A stretch of DNA of 32,000 bases from Aliivibrio fischeri ES114 (GCF_000011805.1 NC_006840.2), one strand, 5' to 3'; shown: positions 1-9,880, counted from the stretch's first letter. Notes: generated by a model from the sequence alone, not told the origin. Translations and numbers: made by a program.

Positions 1-72
1 TATAAAGTCAACTTATTAACAACTGGTGAGAGCGTTATCGCAATTTGATACAATTTGCAAAAACGAGACTTA

Positions 73-94
73 AAAAGTGATCAAGTTAACATTT
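73..94. promoter_or_regulatory. Candidate CRP (cAMP receptor protein) site upstream of aspA
   Basis: aaaagtgatcaagttaacattt matches 18/22 positions of the CRP consensus AAATGTGATCTAGATCACATTT (half-sites aGTGA / TaACA, 6-bp spacer). Centre is about 150 nt upstream of the aspA ATG. E. coli aspA is CRP-dependent. Confidence 0.35.
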
Positions 95-235
95 TTACCA
101 CTAAAGAGGTGTATGATTACTTCAAAACAAGGCATCAGGTACGATATTGATCAACTCTGACGAACGGACTCTACTCGCAGATATGATCACTTGGAAAGAA
201 TCCAATAATTAAATATAGAACCTTAAAGGCTTACT

Positions 236-1687
236 ATGACTCAGATGCTTGATTTAGATACAAAGAATACTGCAGCAACTCGTATTGAAGAAGATTTGCT
301 AGGTGAACGTCACGTTCCTGCTGAAGCTTACTACGGTATTCACACTCTTCGTGCTATCGAAAACTTCAATATTTCTAATGTAACAATTTCTGATGTTCCA
401 GAATTTGTACGCGGCATGATCTACACTAAAAAAGCGGCGGCACTAGCGAACAAAGAATTAGGCGCTATTCCTTCACAAGTTGGTGAATACATCATTAAAG
501 CATGTGACCTTATCCTTGAAACAGGTAAGTGTATGGATCAATTCCCATCTGACGTTTTCCAAGGTGGTGCTGGTACTTCTGTTAACATGAACGCTAACGA
601 AGTTATCGCTAACGTTGCTCTTGAATTAATGGGCAAAGAAAAAGGCGAATACGACATCGTTAACCCTAACGATCATGTAAACAAATCTCAATCAACTAAC
701 TGTGCATACCCTACAGGTTTCCGTATTGCGGTATACAACAGCATGATGAAACTGATCGAAGCGATTGAATACCTAAAAGGTGCATTCGATCTTAAAGATC
801 AAGAATTCCGTAACATTCTGAAAATGGGTCGTACTCAACTTCAAGATGCGGTTCCAATGACTGTTGGTCAAGAATTCCACGCTTGGGGTGTATTACTTCA
901 AGAGGAAGTGAAAAACCTTCACTACACAGCACAACTTCTATTAGAAGTGAACATTGGTGCGACAGCAATCGGTACTGGCTTAAACGCTGCGACTGGTTAC
1001 CAAGAAGCAGCAGTTAAACATCTATCTGAAGTAACAGGTCTACCATGTGTTGCTGCTGAAGACTTAATCGAAGCTACATCTGACTGTGGTGCTTACGTAA
1101 TGATCCACGGTGCGCTAAAACGTACTGCGGTTAAGATGTCTAAGATCTGTAATGACTTACGCCTTCTTTCTTCTGGTCCTCGTGCTGGTCTAAATGAATT
1201 GAACCTTCCAGAGCTTCAAGCTGGTTCTTCAATCATGCCTGCAAAAGTTAACCCAGTAATCCCAGAAGTAGTTAACCAAGTGTGCTTCAAAGTAATCGGT
1301 AACGATACTACTGTTACTTTTGCTGCTGAAGCGGGTCAATTACAACTAAACGTAATGGAACCTGTTATTGGTCAAGCTCTGTTTGAATCAATCGACATCC
1401 TACGTAATGCATGTGTGAACCTACGCGATAAGTGTATTGATGGTATCACTGTAAACAAAGAAGTATGTGAAGCTCACGTATTTAACTCTATCGGTATCGT
1501 AACTTACCTAAACCCATTCATTGGCCACCACGAAGGTGACATTGTTGGTAAAATCTGTGCTGAAACAGGTAAGAGTGTTCGTGAAGTAGTTCTAGAACGC
1601 GGTCTACTGACTGAAGAACAGCTGGACGACATCTTCTCTGTTGAAAACCTGATGCACCCAGAATACAAAGCAAAACGTTACGATTAA
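236..1687 (+). CDS. aspA: Aspartate ammonia-lyase (aspartase)
   Basis: 483-aa ORF with fumarate-lyase signature [11 protein letters not shown] and the N-terminal [26 protein letters not shown] typical of AspA. AAAGG SD upstream, strong codon bias, followed by dcuA as in E. coli. Confidence 0.95.
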   Translation: MTQMLDLDTKNTAATRIEEDLLGERHVPAEAYYGIHTLRAIENFNISNVTISDVPEFVRGMIYTKKAAALANKELGAIPSQVGEYIIKACDLILETGKCMDQFPSDVFQGGAGTSVNMNANEVIANVALELMGKEKGEYDIVNPNDHVNKSQSTNCAYPTGFRIAVYNSMMKLIEAIEYLKGAFDLKDQEFRNILKMGRTQLQDAVPMTVGQEFHAWGVLLQEEVKNLHYTAQLLLEVNIGATAIGTGLNAATGYQEAAVKHLSEVTGLPCVAAEDLIEATSDCGAYVMIHGALKRTAVKMSKICNDLRLLSSGPRAGLNELNLPELQAGSSIMPAKVNPVIPEVVNQVCFKVIGNDTTVTFAAEAGQLQLNVMEPVIGQALFESIDILRNACVNLRDKCIDGITVNKEVCEAHVFNSIGIVTYLNPFIGHHEGDIVGKICAETGKSVREVVLERGLLTEEQLDDIFSVENLMHPEYKAKRYD

Positions 1688-1702
1688 TTCTTAACGTTCA
1701 AT

Positions 1703-1730
1703 AGCGAGCTCTCAGGGGCTCGCTTTTTTT
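1703..1730 (+). terminator. Rho-independent terminator after aspA
   Basis: Stem 1703-1711 (agcgagctc) pairs with 1716-1724 (ggggctcgct region, one G-U). Loop is 4 nt, followed by a run of 7 T (1724-1730). Confidence 0.8.
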
Positions 1731-1763
1731 ATTTGTAATTTCTTATTTATAAAATACTCAAAG

Positions 1764-1824
1764 TAATTATTCATATTTTTCCCAATTACTATATATAGCT
1801 ACTCAGTTAAAATATGAATAATTA
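1764..1824. repeat. Perfect 16-bp inverted repeat (29-nt spacer) between the aspA terminator and the dcuA start
   Basis: taattattcatatttt (1764-1779) is the exact reverse complement of aaaatatgaataatta (1809-1824). Confidence 0.9.
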
Positions 1825-1851
1825 TTTAATATTAAAAAAGTGGAGTTTCAT

Positions 1852-3153
1852 ATGATTGCTGTACAACTTTTCGTAGTACTGCTGTTCATCTATTTAGGTG
1901 CGCGCATTGGGGGTATTGGTATTGGTTTTGCGGGCGGCGCAGGTGTACTAGTTCTAACCATGATTTTAGGTCTAGACGCTGGTTCTATCCCTATCGATGT
2001 TATCCTAATTATCATGTCAGTTATTACTGCTATTGCAGCGATGCAAGTTGCTGGTGGTATGGATTGGCTAGTTGACCTAGCAGAAAAATTCTTACGTAAA
2101 AATCCAAAACGCATTACTTTCTATGCACCTATCGTAACGTATTTCATGACAATGCTAGCTGGTACTGGCCACACGGCTTTCTCTACTCTTCCAGTTATTG
2201 CTGAAGTTGCAAAAGAACAAGGTGTTCGTCCATCTCGCCCACTTTCTATCGCCGTTGTTGCATCTCAAATTGCAATCACAGCGTCTCCTATTTCAGCGGC
2301 GGTTGTTTTCTTCTCAGGTATCCTCGAGCCTCTAGGTGTGGATTACTTAACGCTATTAGCTGTATGTATTCCTTCAACATTCCTAGCATGTATGGTTGGT
2401 GCTTTTGTTGCTAACTTCCTAGGTTGTGAACTAAAAGATGATTCTGTTTATCAAGAGCGCCTTCAAAAAGGCCTAATTAAGATGAATGGCACAGGCAAGC
2501 GTGAAATTTTACCAACAGCAAAAGCATCAGTTTACATCTTCTGTGCGGCAATCATTGCTGTTGTGGCTTACGCTACAATGATCAGTGGTAGTGTGGGCCT
2601 AATTGAGCACCCAACCATTGGTCGTAACGAAGCTATCATGGCTCTAATGCTAACGGCTGCTGCTGCAATTGTTACTTTCACTAAAATTGATGCGTCTAAA
2701 ATTGCTAACGCAGCAACATTTAAATCAGGTATGAGTGCTTGTGTATGTGTGCTTGGTGTTGCTTGGTTAGGTGATACATTTGTATCTTCTCACATTGGTG
2801 AAATCAAAGAATTCTCTGCACACATTCTTGAACAATACCCTTGGATGCTAGCTGTTGTTTTATTCTTTGCTTCAATGCTTCTTTATTCTCAAGGTGCAAC
2901 AACAACAGCTCTAATGCCTGCTGCTCTTGCTATCGGTGTTGCACCAATCACAGCTGTTGCTTCTTTTGCTGCGGTAAGTGCACTGTTCGTTCTTCCAACT
3001 TACCCAACACTACTTGCAGCGGTTGAGATGGATGACACAGGTTCAACTCGTATCGGTAACCTAGTATTTAACCACCCATTCTTTATCCCTGGTGTGGCAA
3101 CTATCGCAACATCTGTTGCTCTAGGTTTTGCATTCGGTGGTATTATTCTTTAA
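1852..3153 (+). CDS. dcuA: Anaerobic C4-dicarboxylate transporter, DcuA/DcuB family
   Basis: Polytopic membrane protein of about 433 aa directly downstream of aspA (conserved aspA-dcuA synteny). The ORF track starts at GTG 1840, but GGAG (1842-1845) lies 6 nt before ATG 1852, so 1852 is called. Confidence 0.9.
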   Translation: MIAVQLFVVLLFIYLGARIGGIGIGFAGGAGVLVLTMILGLDAGSIPIDVILIIMSVITAIAAMQVAGGMDWLVDLAEKFLRKNPKRITFYAPIVTYFMTMLAGTGHTAFSTLPVIAEVAKEQGVRPSRPLSIAVVASQIAITASPISAAVVFFSGILEPLGVDYLTLLAVCIPSTFLACMVGAFVANFLGCELKDDSVYQERLQKGLIKMNGTGKREILPTAKASVYIFCAAIIAVVAYATMISGSVGLIEHPTIGRNEAIMALMLTAAAAIVTFTKIDASKIANAATFKSGMSACVCVLGVAWLGDTFVSSHIGEIKEFSAHILEQYPWMLAVVLFFASMLLYSQGATTTALMPAALAIGVAPITAVASFAAVSALFVLPTYPTLLAAVEMDDTGSTRIGNLVFNHPFFIPGVATIATSVALGFAFGGIIL

Positions 3154-3176
3154 TAGGTGAATTGCAATAATATCCC

Positions 3177-3210
3177 TCAAAATGGCAGCTGATTAAGCTG
3201 CCATTTTTTT
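3177..3210. terminator. Bidirectional Rho-independent terminator between convergent dcuA and usp
   Basis: aatggcagct (3181-3190) pairs with agctgccatt (3196-3205). Loop is 5 nt, with an A-run on the left and 7 T on the right. Confidence 0.8.
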
Positions 3211-3216
3211 ATGTCT

Positions 3217-3642
3217 TTACGAAGGGATTGGAACAACCAAAATATCGACAGGTGAATGGTTTATCAATGGTCGAGAATAAGAAATAATCTTACTCAGGAA
3301 GTCATGGTGATGACCACAAATAATAAGGTCGACGTCTGTATCTGTAACAGCAAGACTCACCTTATTACTCAAATCGCCAGTTCCTACCCAGAAATGTTCA
3401 ACTGGAAATATCGTATATTGCTGAAATTCAGTAAGCCACTTATTTGAAGATTCATTTAATGGCTTTAATTCAGGTTCAGCCTGAATATCAATTAACTCAG
3501 GATAAATTTCTCCATGAGTCCCATCAATATGAATAAACGATACTTTTGCCCCCGCAAGTTCGGCTAATGAGGCTGCTCTATCAATCAATAAATGGCTTTC
3601 TTTTGAAAGATCCAGAGCAACTAGAATATGTTTGTATTTCAT
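3217..3642 (-). CDS. Universal stress protein (UspA family)
   Basis: About 141 aa. The N-terminal YKHILVALDLS and C-terminal DLIICGHH...S...PVDILVVP match the Usp alpha/beta fold pattern. The ORF-track start 3648 is GTG-GTG-ATG, and ATG 3642 has GAGGG upstream. Confidence 0.8.
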   Translation of the reverse strand: MKYKHILVALDLSKESHLLIDRAASLAELAGAKVSFIHIDGTHGEIYPELIDIQAEPELKPLNESSNKWLTEFQQYTIFPVEHFWVGTGDLSNKVSLAVTDTDVDLIICGHHHDFLSKIISYSRPLINHSPVDILVVPIPS

Positions 3643-3856
3643 CACCACACCCTCTTTGAGTTGTCATCCAAACAAGCATAGTTTTAGTATGAGAAAAATA
3701 GTGTCGTAGGGATCCCGAAACCGCAACAAATGACAATTTATTCTCATAATAAGCAAGAAGAGATAGATATAAAATCGTGCGAATTGATACTATACTTGTC
3801 GAACTCTTGACCGTTTCTATAGTCATACCCGTACCTATATTTATAAAGATTTTCAC

Positions 3857-5704
3857 ATGACGCATTTATACCGCTTTCGAACAGCCCTTTTATCTCTCTT
3901 TCTTTTGTTCACAACTTTGGTTCCTAACGCTAATGCTGCGTTTGATTTAACCAAACTTCAAGGAAGCCAAGATTCATCTTTTGTGACAGTAAATGAGGCT
4001 TTTCCTTTCAATTTTATGCAACAAGGCGATCGTGTTTATTTAGATTGGCAAGTAAAACCTGATTATTATCTGTATCAACAACGCATCTCAGTAAAAGCGA
4101 ACAGTGCCGAAATTGCAGATCTCGTAATGGAAGATGGAACCCCTCATAATGATGAGTTTTTTGGTGATGTGAATATCTACACCGAGCCACTAACCATTAC
4201 TGTTCCACTGGTTTCAGTCGGTGATAACGCAGAATTAATTGTTCGATACCAAGGTTGTGCAAAAGCTGGATTTTGCTATCCACCTGAAATTCGTAAAATT
4301 CCACTATCAGAGCTAAGCGCTCCAAGTAGCTATCAAAATGAAGTAGCAAAAACAGACGTGGTTGCCAAAAGTGAAAATGCACCGGTTGGAATAAAAACAT
4401 CAGTTCAGCCAACACCTGAAACACCAAAAACGCAAACTCAACAACAAGAGTTAGCGACCAATTTAGGTGATGCTTGGTGGACACCTTTCTTATTTCTAGC
4501 ATTAGGTATTGGTCTTGCGTTTACGCCTTGCGTACTGCCTATGTACCCTATCTTAACGGGAATTGTTTTAGGTGGCGGTAAATTGCCTCATGGTAAGGCA
4601 TTTAAACTCTCTTTTGTTTACGTTCAAGGCATGGCATTAACCTATACCCTACTTGGATTAGTGGTTGCTTCAGCTGGTCTTCAGTTCCAAGCGGCATTAC
4701 AACACCCTTATGTACTTATTGGATTAAGCATTCTATTTGTATTACTTGCTCTTTCTATGTTTGGGGCTTACACCATTCAACTACCAAGCAGCATACAGAC
4801 CAAATTAAATGACATCAGCAATCAGCAGCAAGGTGGTAACTTAGGTGGCGTATTTGCCATGGGGGCTATCTCAGGCTTAGTTTGTTCTCCATGTACAACG
4901 GCACCACTCTCTGGCGCCCTGCTTTATGTAGCAAAAAGTGGAGACTTACTAACAGGGGCTATTGCCCTTTATGCTCTGGCTATTGGTATGGGTATTCCAC
5001 TGATCTTGGCGGCGGTATTTGGCAATAAATTACTACCAAAAGCCGGTGTTTGGATGACGCATGTAAAAACACTATTTGGTTTTATTTTACTTGCCGTTCC
5101 TGTGTTTTTATTAGAGCGAATTCTTCCACATGACATCACCCCATTTGTTTGGTCTGCGTTAGGTATTGCTGCATTTGGTTGGTTATATCATGTTAAAGCA
5201 ACCATGCCTCAGTCATGGAAGACCAGTATTGTTGGCATTGTGGCCATTTTAGGTATTGTTGGTTCAGCTATTCCGGTAATTGATGCGATTTCTGGAAAAA
5301 GCAATACAGAGATAACAACAAAAACTCAAACTGTGACCTTTAAAAAAATCACTAATATTAATGAGTTAAACCAAGAACTAGAAATAGCCAAAGCACAAGG
5401 AAAACCAGTCATGCTCGACTTTTATGCTGATTGGTGTGTTGCGTGTAAAGAATTTGAAAAGTACACCTTCCATAATGAGAAAGTTGAGCCTGTATTATCT
5501 GAGTTTGTTTTATTACAAGCAGACGTAACAAAGAACAGTCCAACGGATATTGAGCTATTACAGCAGCTAAAAGTTCTTGGGCTACCAACTATCGATTTTT
5601 GGAATGCCAACGGAGAATATTTATCTGATTCCCGTTTAACTGGTTTTATGAAAGCCGATCCATTTATGGATCATTTAAGTACAAACGTGATCAATGTTAA
5701 ATAA
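3857..5704 (+). CDS. dsbD: Thiol:disulfide interchange protein DsbD (protein-disulfide reductase)
   Basis: 615 aa. Signal peptide (...VPNANA/AF), N-terminal domain Cys pair (GCAKAGFC), central TM domain with FTPCVLP and SPCTTAP cysteines, and C-terminal thioredoxin WCVACK. Confidence 0.93.
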   Translation: MTHLYRFRTALLSLFLLFTTLVPNANAAFDLTKLQGSQDSSFVTVNEAFPFNFMQQGDRVYLDWQVKPDYYLYQQRISVKANSAEIADLVMEDGTPHNDEFFGDVNIYTEPLTITVPLVSVGDNAELIVRYQGCAKAGFCYPPEIRKIPLSELSAPSSYQNEVAKTDVVAKSENAPVGIKTSVQPTPETPKTQTQQQELATNLGDAWWTPFLFLALGIGLAFTPCVLPMYPILTGIVLGGGKLPHGKAFKLSFVYVQGMALTYTLLGLVVASAGLQFQAALQHPYVLIGLSILFVLLALSMFGAYTIQLPSSIQTKLNDISNQQQGGNLGGVFAMGAISGLVCSPCTTAPLSGALLYVAKSGDLLTGAIALYALAIGMGIPLILAAVFGNKLLPKAGVWMTHVKTLFGFILLAVPVFLLERILPHDITPFVWSALGIAAFGWLYHVKATMPQSWKTSIVGIVAILGIVGSAIPVIDAISGKSNTEITTKTQTVTFKKITNINELNQELEIAKAQGKPVMLDFYADWCVACKEFEKYTFHNEKVEPVLSEFVLLQADVTKNSPTDIELLQQLKVLGLPTIDFWNANGEYLSDSRLTGFMKADPFMDHLSTNVINVK

Positions 5705-5746
5705 TAATGTTTCTTTATTGAGCAAAATCATTGGTGATACGTGATA

Positions 5747-5772
5747 ACTTATTTTATAATGCGAATTAATGA
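5747..5772. promoter_or_regulatory. Possible NagC operator in the nagB promoter region
   Basis: acttattttataatgcgaattaatga resembles the AT-rich NagC operator (the CTTATTTTAT start recalls the E. coli nagB-proximal box, from memory). Lies 41-66 nt upstream of the nagB ATG. Weak, by eye only. Confidence 0.25.
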
Positions 5773-5812
5773 TTTTTGATTCTACGACTTACGTTTTTTT
5801 TGAGGTATACAA

Positions 5813-6613
5813 ATGAGATTAATCCCGCTAAACCGCGCTGAACAAGTTGGTGCATGGTCTGCACAACACATTGTTAACCGTATCAATGCATTCAACCCAA
5901 CCGCTGATCGTCCATTTGTTCTAGGTCTACCTACTGGCGGTACACCTCTTAATACTTACAAAAAGCTAATCGAGCTACATAAAGCTGGCGAAGTAAGCTT
6001 CAAAAACGTAGTAACGTTCAACATGGATGAGTATGTTGGTCTTCCAGCGGATCACCCTGAGTCTTACCGCACATTCATGCACGAAAACTTCTTCAACCAC
6101 ATTGATATCCAACCTGAAAATATCAACCTACTAAATGGTAATGCAGAAGATCACGAAGCGGAATGTCAACGTTACGAAGACAAAATCAAGTCTTACGGCC
6201 GCATTAACCTATTCATGGGTGGCGTGGGTAACGACGGTCACATCGCTTTCAATGAACCAGCATCATCTCTATCTTCTCGCACACGTATTAAAACGTTAAC
6301 TGAAGATACTCGTATTGCTAACTCTCGCTTCTTCGGTGGCGACATGAACCTTGTTCCTGAGTACTCACTAACAATCGGTGTTGGTACTCTACTTGATTCA
6401 GAAGAGATCATGATCCTAATCACAGGCCACAACAAAGGTCTTGCTCTGCAAGCTGCTGTTGAAGGTTCTGTAAACCACCTATGGACTGTATCTGCACTTC
6501 AACTTCACCCTAAATCAGTAATCGTGTGTGATGAGCCATCAACACAAGAACTGAAAGTGAAAACAGTTAAATACTTCCAACAGCTTGAAGCTAAAAACAT
6601 GGAAGGTTTTTAA
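5813..6613 (+). CDS. nagB: Glucosamine-6-phosphate deaminase
   Basis: 266 aa. MRLIPL...[12 protein letters not shown]...FNMDEYVGL...[14 protein letters not shown] are hallmark NagB motifs. GAGG SD upstream. Confidence 0.95.
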   Translation: MRLIPLNRAEQVGAWSAQHIVNRINAFNPTADRPFVLGLPTGGTPLNTYKKLIELHKAGEVSFKNVVTFNMDEYVGLPADHPESYRTFMHENFFNHIDIQPENINLLNGNAEDHEAECQRYEDKIKSYGRINLFMGGVGNDGHIAFNEPASSLSSRTRIKTLTEDTRIANSRFFGGDMNLVPEYSLTIGVGTLLDSEEIMILITGHNKGLALQAAVEGSVNHLWTVSALQLHPKSVIVCDEPSTQELKVKTVKYFQQLEAKNMEGF

Positions 6614-6642
6614 TTTATTGCATTAATTTCGCAATAAATTAA
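6610..6642. repeat. 12-bp perfect AT-rich hairpin overlapping the nagB stop codon
   Basis: ttaatttattgc (6610-6621) pairs with gcaataaattaa (6631-6642), loop 9 nt. Immediately precedes the real terminator. Confidence 0.7.
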
Positions 6643-6644
6643 AC

Positions 6645-6676
6645 AAAAAAACCACCGTTTATCGGTGGTTTTTTTT
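6645..6676. terminator. Bidirectional Rho-independent terminator between convergent nagB and arsJ
   Basis: accaccg (6651-6657) pairs with cggtggt (6663-6669). Loop is tttat, with an A-run on the left and a T-run on the right. Confidence 0.85.
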
Positions 6677-6724
6677 GTAATAAAAAAAAGCTAAATATAC
6701 ACAGCTATCTGCGTTCTATTCATA

Positions 6725-7930
6725 TTAGTCTGATTTTGGTAGCTTAATGGATATCAATGCAGCAAATAATAGGAACCCAAACGATACCCATAAACACGCT
6801 GCAAAACCTGCCACTTGAAATACCCAGCCAGATAGAATAGTACCCACTAAACGTCCCATCGCATTGGCCATGTAATAAAAGCCTACATCCATAGACACGC
6901 CATCACCCTTGGCATAGCTCACAATCAGATAAGAGTGAAGTGAAGAGTTTACGGCAAAGATACCACCGAAAATCAACAAACCAATTACGATAACATATTC
7001 AGGTTGCCACTCAATTTGAACACTATAAGCAATAATTCCTGTCACTAAGGCTAATAAACTCACCCACCACATTGCAGCTCGGCCGTCAGGAACTTTCCCT
7101 TCCGCTTTACCTGTGATTTTAGGAGCAAAACCTTGTACAAAACCATACGCAATTACCCATAACGCTAAAAAGCCACCAACCAATGAATGATCCCAGTTAA
7201 ACACGCTACCAAGGTAAATTGGTAAAGCGACAACAAACCATACATCTCGAGCACCAAATAAGAATAGACGAGCGGCCGAAAGCGTATTGATTTGTTCTGA
7301 CTTTGAAAACAATTGAGTAAATTTAGGCTTTGATTTTGCTTTTCCCATATCACCATCAAGCAAAAGTACGCTACCAACAAAGACCACAAATAGCACACTC
7401 GCCATTGCGATAACCGCAAATTGAAACCCAATCGTCGTTAACAATAATCCACCAAGGAAGAAGCCCGCACCTTTTAATGCATTTTTTGACCCCGTAAGTA
7501 TAGCGACCCACTTATAAAGCGCCCCTTCTTGCTCACTAGGTACCAAGGTTTTTATTGCGCTTTTGGCACTCATTTTATTCAGATCTTTAGCGATACCCGA
7601 GAATGCTTGAGCAGCCATCACCCAAGGAATGGTGAGCCAACTACTTGGCAGGGCAAGCATCAATAACGCACCAACCTGCATTAATAAACCAATATTCATG
7701 GTTTTATTTAATCCAAGCCTTGCGCCAAGCCACCCACCAATTAAGTTCGTCACCACACCAAAAAATTCATAGAAAAGAAACAGTGATGCGATGGCTAATG
7801 TGGTGTAACCCAAATCATGAAAATAGAGCACCACCAACATACGCAATGCGCCATCAGTGATGGTGAAATTCCAATAATTAAATGTCACAAGCATGTATTG
7901 ACGTACGCTGTGACTTAATTGAGAAAACAT
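6725..7930 (-). CDS. arsJ: MFS permease, ArsJ-like (1-arseno-3-phosphoglycerate efflux)
   Basis: 12-TM MFS protein of about 401 aa (YEFFGVVTNLIGGWLGARLG loop motif), last gene of an arsR-gapdh-...-MFS cluster, which is the context diagnostic of ArsJ. The ORF-track start 7939 is a GTG inside the SD AGGTGA (7941-7936); ATG 7930 is called. Confidence 0.72.
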   Translation of the reverse strand: MFSQLSHSVRQYMLVTFNYWNFTITDGALRMLVVLYFHDLGYTTLAIASLFLFYEFFGVVTNLIGGWLGARLGLNKTMNIGLLMQVGALLMLALPSSWLTIPWVMAAQAFSGIAKDLNKMSAKSAIKTLVPSEQEGALYKWVAILTGSKNALKGAGFFLGGLLLTTIGFQFAVIAMASVLFVVFVGSVLLLDGDMGKAKSKPKFTQLFSKSEQINTLSAARLFLFGARDVWFVVALPIYLGSVFNWDHSLVGGFLALWVIAYGFVQGFAPKITGKAEGKVPDGRAAMWWVSLLALVTGIIAYSVQIEWQPEYVIVIGLLIFGGIFAVNSSLHSYLIVSYAKGDGVSMDVGFYYMANAMGRLVGTILSGWVFQVAGFAACLWVSFGFLLFAALISIKLPKSD

Positions 7931-7945
7931 AAAAATCACCTGTTT

Positions 7946-7984
7946 AAATAAAAAGATCTCAGAAGCACATCGCTTTCTGAGACC
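7946..7984 (-). terminator. Intrinsic-terminator-like hairpin inside the ars cluster (between phosphatase and arsJ)
   Basis: Minus strand reads GGUCUCAGAAAGC-gaugu-GCUUCUGAGAUC followed by UUUUUAUUU. Stem is 12 bp with one bulge and one G-U. The U-tract runs straight into the arsJ SD. Confidence 0.6.
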
Positions 7985-7998
7985 TTATCTAAAACACA

Positions 7999-8496
7999 TT
8001 ACTTACCAGCAACAGCATAAATGTATTCAATTTGTACTGGCTTAGTAAAAGCACCTGGACGCAATGCTTGAACTTGCTGTTTAATCACATCGAGATCCCA
8101 ACCTAAATCCAATAATAAATGCGCTGCAAGTAAGCCTGTTCGACCTGAGCCTCCCATGCAGTGCATAGCAATTTTATCGCCTTGATTCACCTCAGAAGTC
8201 AATGAAGCAGAGACTTGTTTCCACTGTTCTAAAAAATCGGCATCTGGCGCACAATCATCTTCAATAACTAATTGAATCCATCTCATGCCTAAGTGTTCAG
8301 TTTGTTCACCTAGTGTTTCGACTCCTTTCTCTTTGAGTTCGTCAAAACTCAAAGCCGTTACAATCGTCGTCACCCCTTGTGCTTTTAGTTGCTCTAATGA
8401 GGTCACTAAATCAACCCCTTTAGTTCCTGGGCACGGAGTTAAAACCAATGCGCTACCATTGTCAGATACGGGTAATTCCCAAGTAGGATGTGTCAT
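7999..8496 (-). CDS. Cytoplasmic Cys-based phosphatase-fold protein (dual-specificity/PTP-like, CX5R P-loop)
   Basis: 165 aa, no signal peptide. HCMGGSGRTG is the HCX5R(S/T) active-site loop of the PTP/DSP superfamily, and an upstream acidic segment (VIEDDCAPD) could supply the general acid. AAGGA SD lies 7 nt before the ATG. Confidence 0.7.
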   Translation of the reverse strand: MTHPTWELPVSDNGSALVLTPCPGTKGVDLVTSLEQLKAQGVTTIVTALSFDELKEKGVETLGEQTEHLGMRWIQLVIEDDCAPDADFLEQWKQVSASLTSEVNQGDKIAMHCMGGSGRTGLLAAHLLLDLGWDLDVIKQQVQALRPGAFTKPVQIEYIYAVAGK

Positions 8497-8524
8497 TTAA
8501 AATTCCTTAAACCAATGATTACTA

Positions 8525-9526
8525 TTAAGCTAAACCAACATTACGAACTAATTCAGCAGTACGCGTTGCATACCCCATTTCATTGTCATACCAAGCGTAA
8601 ATTTTCACCATACGTTTACCTACAAGCATAGTAGATGGCGCATCAACAATCGTTGAACGTTGGTCACCCTTATAATCAATAGACACTAATGGACGCTCTT
8701 CGTAACCTAAAATACCTTTTAGATCACCCTGTGCCGCATCCTTTAATAACTGATTTACTTCTTCTACTGTGGTATCTCTTTTTACTTCAAAGATAATGTC
8801 GGTGAGTGATGCATTCGCTAAAGGAACTCGAACAGCATGACCATCGATTTTATCTTTTAGCTCAGGGAAAATTTCTACAATCGCTTTAGCTGAACCCGTT
8901 GTGGTTGGGATTAAGCTCATGCCACACGCACGTGCACGGCGAAGATCTTTATGAGGTGCATCAAGAATGGTTTGTGTATTGGTCAAATCATGAATAGTGG
9001 TAAATGCTGCGTTTTCGATACCCAACCCCTTATTGATAACTTTAACAATTGGAGCGAGACAGTTTGTTGTACAAGATGCCGCAGTGACAATTTGGTGAAC
9101 AGCAGGATCAAAAATATCATCATTCACACCAACGACAATGTTTACTACCCCTTCTTCTTTTACTGGAGCTGAAACAACTACACGCTTAACACCTTGAGCT
9201 AAATATTTATCTAAAAATACACGCTTGCGGTGTACCCCCGTCGCTTCAATCACAACATCACAGCCAGACCAATCAACCGCATCGATGTCTTTTTCTTGCG
9301 TTGTTTTAAGAGTTTGACCTGCAATGATCATGTCGCTTCCATTGCTTATCACTTCATGGTGCCAACGCCCCTGAACAGAATCAAACTCCAATAAGTGCGC
9401 TAAAGTATGTGCATCACCCGCAGCATCATTGATTTGTACAAATTCAAGTTCAGGCCAATCAAATGCGGCTCTTAGCGCCAAACGTCCAATACGACCAAAT
9501 CCGTTAATACCTACTTTAATTTTCAT
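8525..9526 (-). CDS. gap: Type I glyceraldehyde-3-phosphate dehydrogenase (ars-cluster paralogue)
   Basis: 333 aa. Has NGFGRIGR Rossmann motif, SCTTNC catalytic cysteine motif, and WYDNEMGY near the C-terminus. Confidence 0.93.
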   Translation of the reverse strand: MKIKVGINGFGRIGRLALRAAFDWPELEFVQINDAAGDAHTLAHLLEFDSVQGRWHHEVISNGSDMIIAGQTLKTTQEKDIDAVDWSGCDVVIEATGVHRKRVFLDKYLAQGVKRVVVSAPVKEEGVVNIVVGVNDDIFDPAVHQIVTAASCTTNCLAPIVKVINKGLGIENAAFTTIHDLTNTQTILDAPHKDLRRARACGMSLIPTTTGSAKAIVEIFPELKDKIDGHAVRVPLANASLTDIIFEVKRDTTVEEVNQLLKDAAQGDLKGILGYEERPLVSIDYKGDQRSTIVDAPSTMLVGKRMVKIYAWYDNEMGYATRTAELVRNVGLA

Positions 9527-9538
9527 CTTAATTATCCT

Positions 9539-9868
9539 TTAACAGCACGCTTTCATTGCGTTTAATTTATCAGTGTCTTTTTGATATTGAGCCTGCAAAC
9601 AATTCGATTGCTTCAAACCCTCTATAATTTTATTTAGCCAACCCGGTAAATTTGAACTAACTTGGTAATACACCCACTGACCTTCACGGGTATCAACCAA
9701 CACACCAGATTGACGCAACTGAGCTAAATGACGTGAAATCTTAGGCTGACTTTCATCTAGCGCTTCCGTTAATTGGTTTACGCACAAGCGACCTTCACGA
9801 GCAATAAGCAATAAACAACGCATTCGCGTTTCATCTGATAACATTTTGAAAAATTGATGAGGTAACAT
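9539..9868 (-). CDS. arsR: ArsR/SmtB-family metalloregulator
   Basis: 109 aa with an ...LCVNQLTEALDESQPKISRHLAQLRQSGVL... winged-helix core nearly identical in pattern to R773 ArsR. First gene of the cluster, 12 nt upstream of gapdh. Confidence 0.82.
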   Translation of the reverse strand: MLPHQFFKMLSDETRMRCLLLIAREGRLCVNQLTEALDESQPKISRHLAQLRQSGVLVDTREGQWVYYQVSSNLPGWLNKIIEGLKQSNCLQAQYQKDTDKLNAMKACC

Positions 9869-9880
9869 ACTCAGCCCTTA

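Noticed and set aside
41-160. Possible FNR boxes upstream of aspA (ttgatacaatttgca at about 45-59; ttgatcaactctga at about 145-158)
   Set aside because: Only the left half-site TTGAT is present, and the right halves (TTTGC, TCTGA) do not resemble ATCAA. That is not enough to call, even though aspA/dcuA are anaerobically regulated in E. coli.
1809-1830. Fur-box-like AT-rich sequence (aatatgaataattatttaat) upstream of dcuA
   Set aside because: It cannot be aligned in register with GATAATGATAATCATTATC for more than about 11/19 positions. The resemblance is explained by AT-richness and by it being one arm of the 16-bp inverted repeat.
1890-3026. ORF-track entries 1890..2114(-) and 2841..3026(+) inside dcuA
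   Set aside because: They lie entirely inside the strongly supported dcuA frame. Translations are low-complexity (Pro/Ala/Ile or Cys/Ser-rich), typical of off-frame reading of a membrane-protein gene, and there is no SD.
3256-3865. ORFs 3256..3447(+) and 3581..3865(-) overlapping usp and the usp/dsbD intergenic region
   Set aside because: Antisense or out of frame to the Usp gene, or running through a promoter region. No domain-like sequence and no SD, and the 94-aa ORF would overlap the dsbD start.
4197-9172. Antisense or alternate-frame ORFs inside dsbD, nagB, arsJ, the phosphatase gene and GAPDH (4197..4502, 5422..5610, 6238..6435, 7165..7431, 7645..7860, 8285..8500, 8951..9172)
   Set aside because: Each is fully embedded in a CDS with clear family motifs, and none has recognisable motifs or ribosome-binding sites. 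This is the expected background of a six-frame scan in AT-rich DNA.
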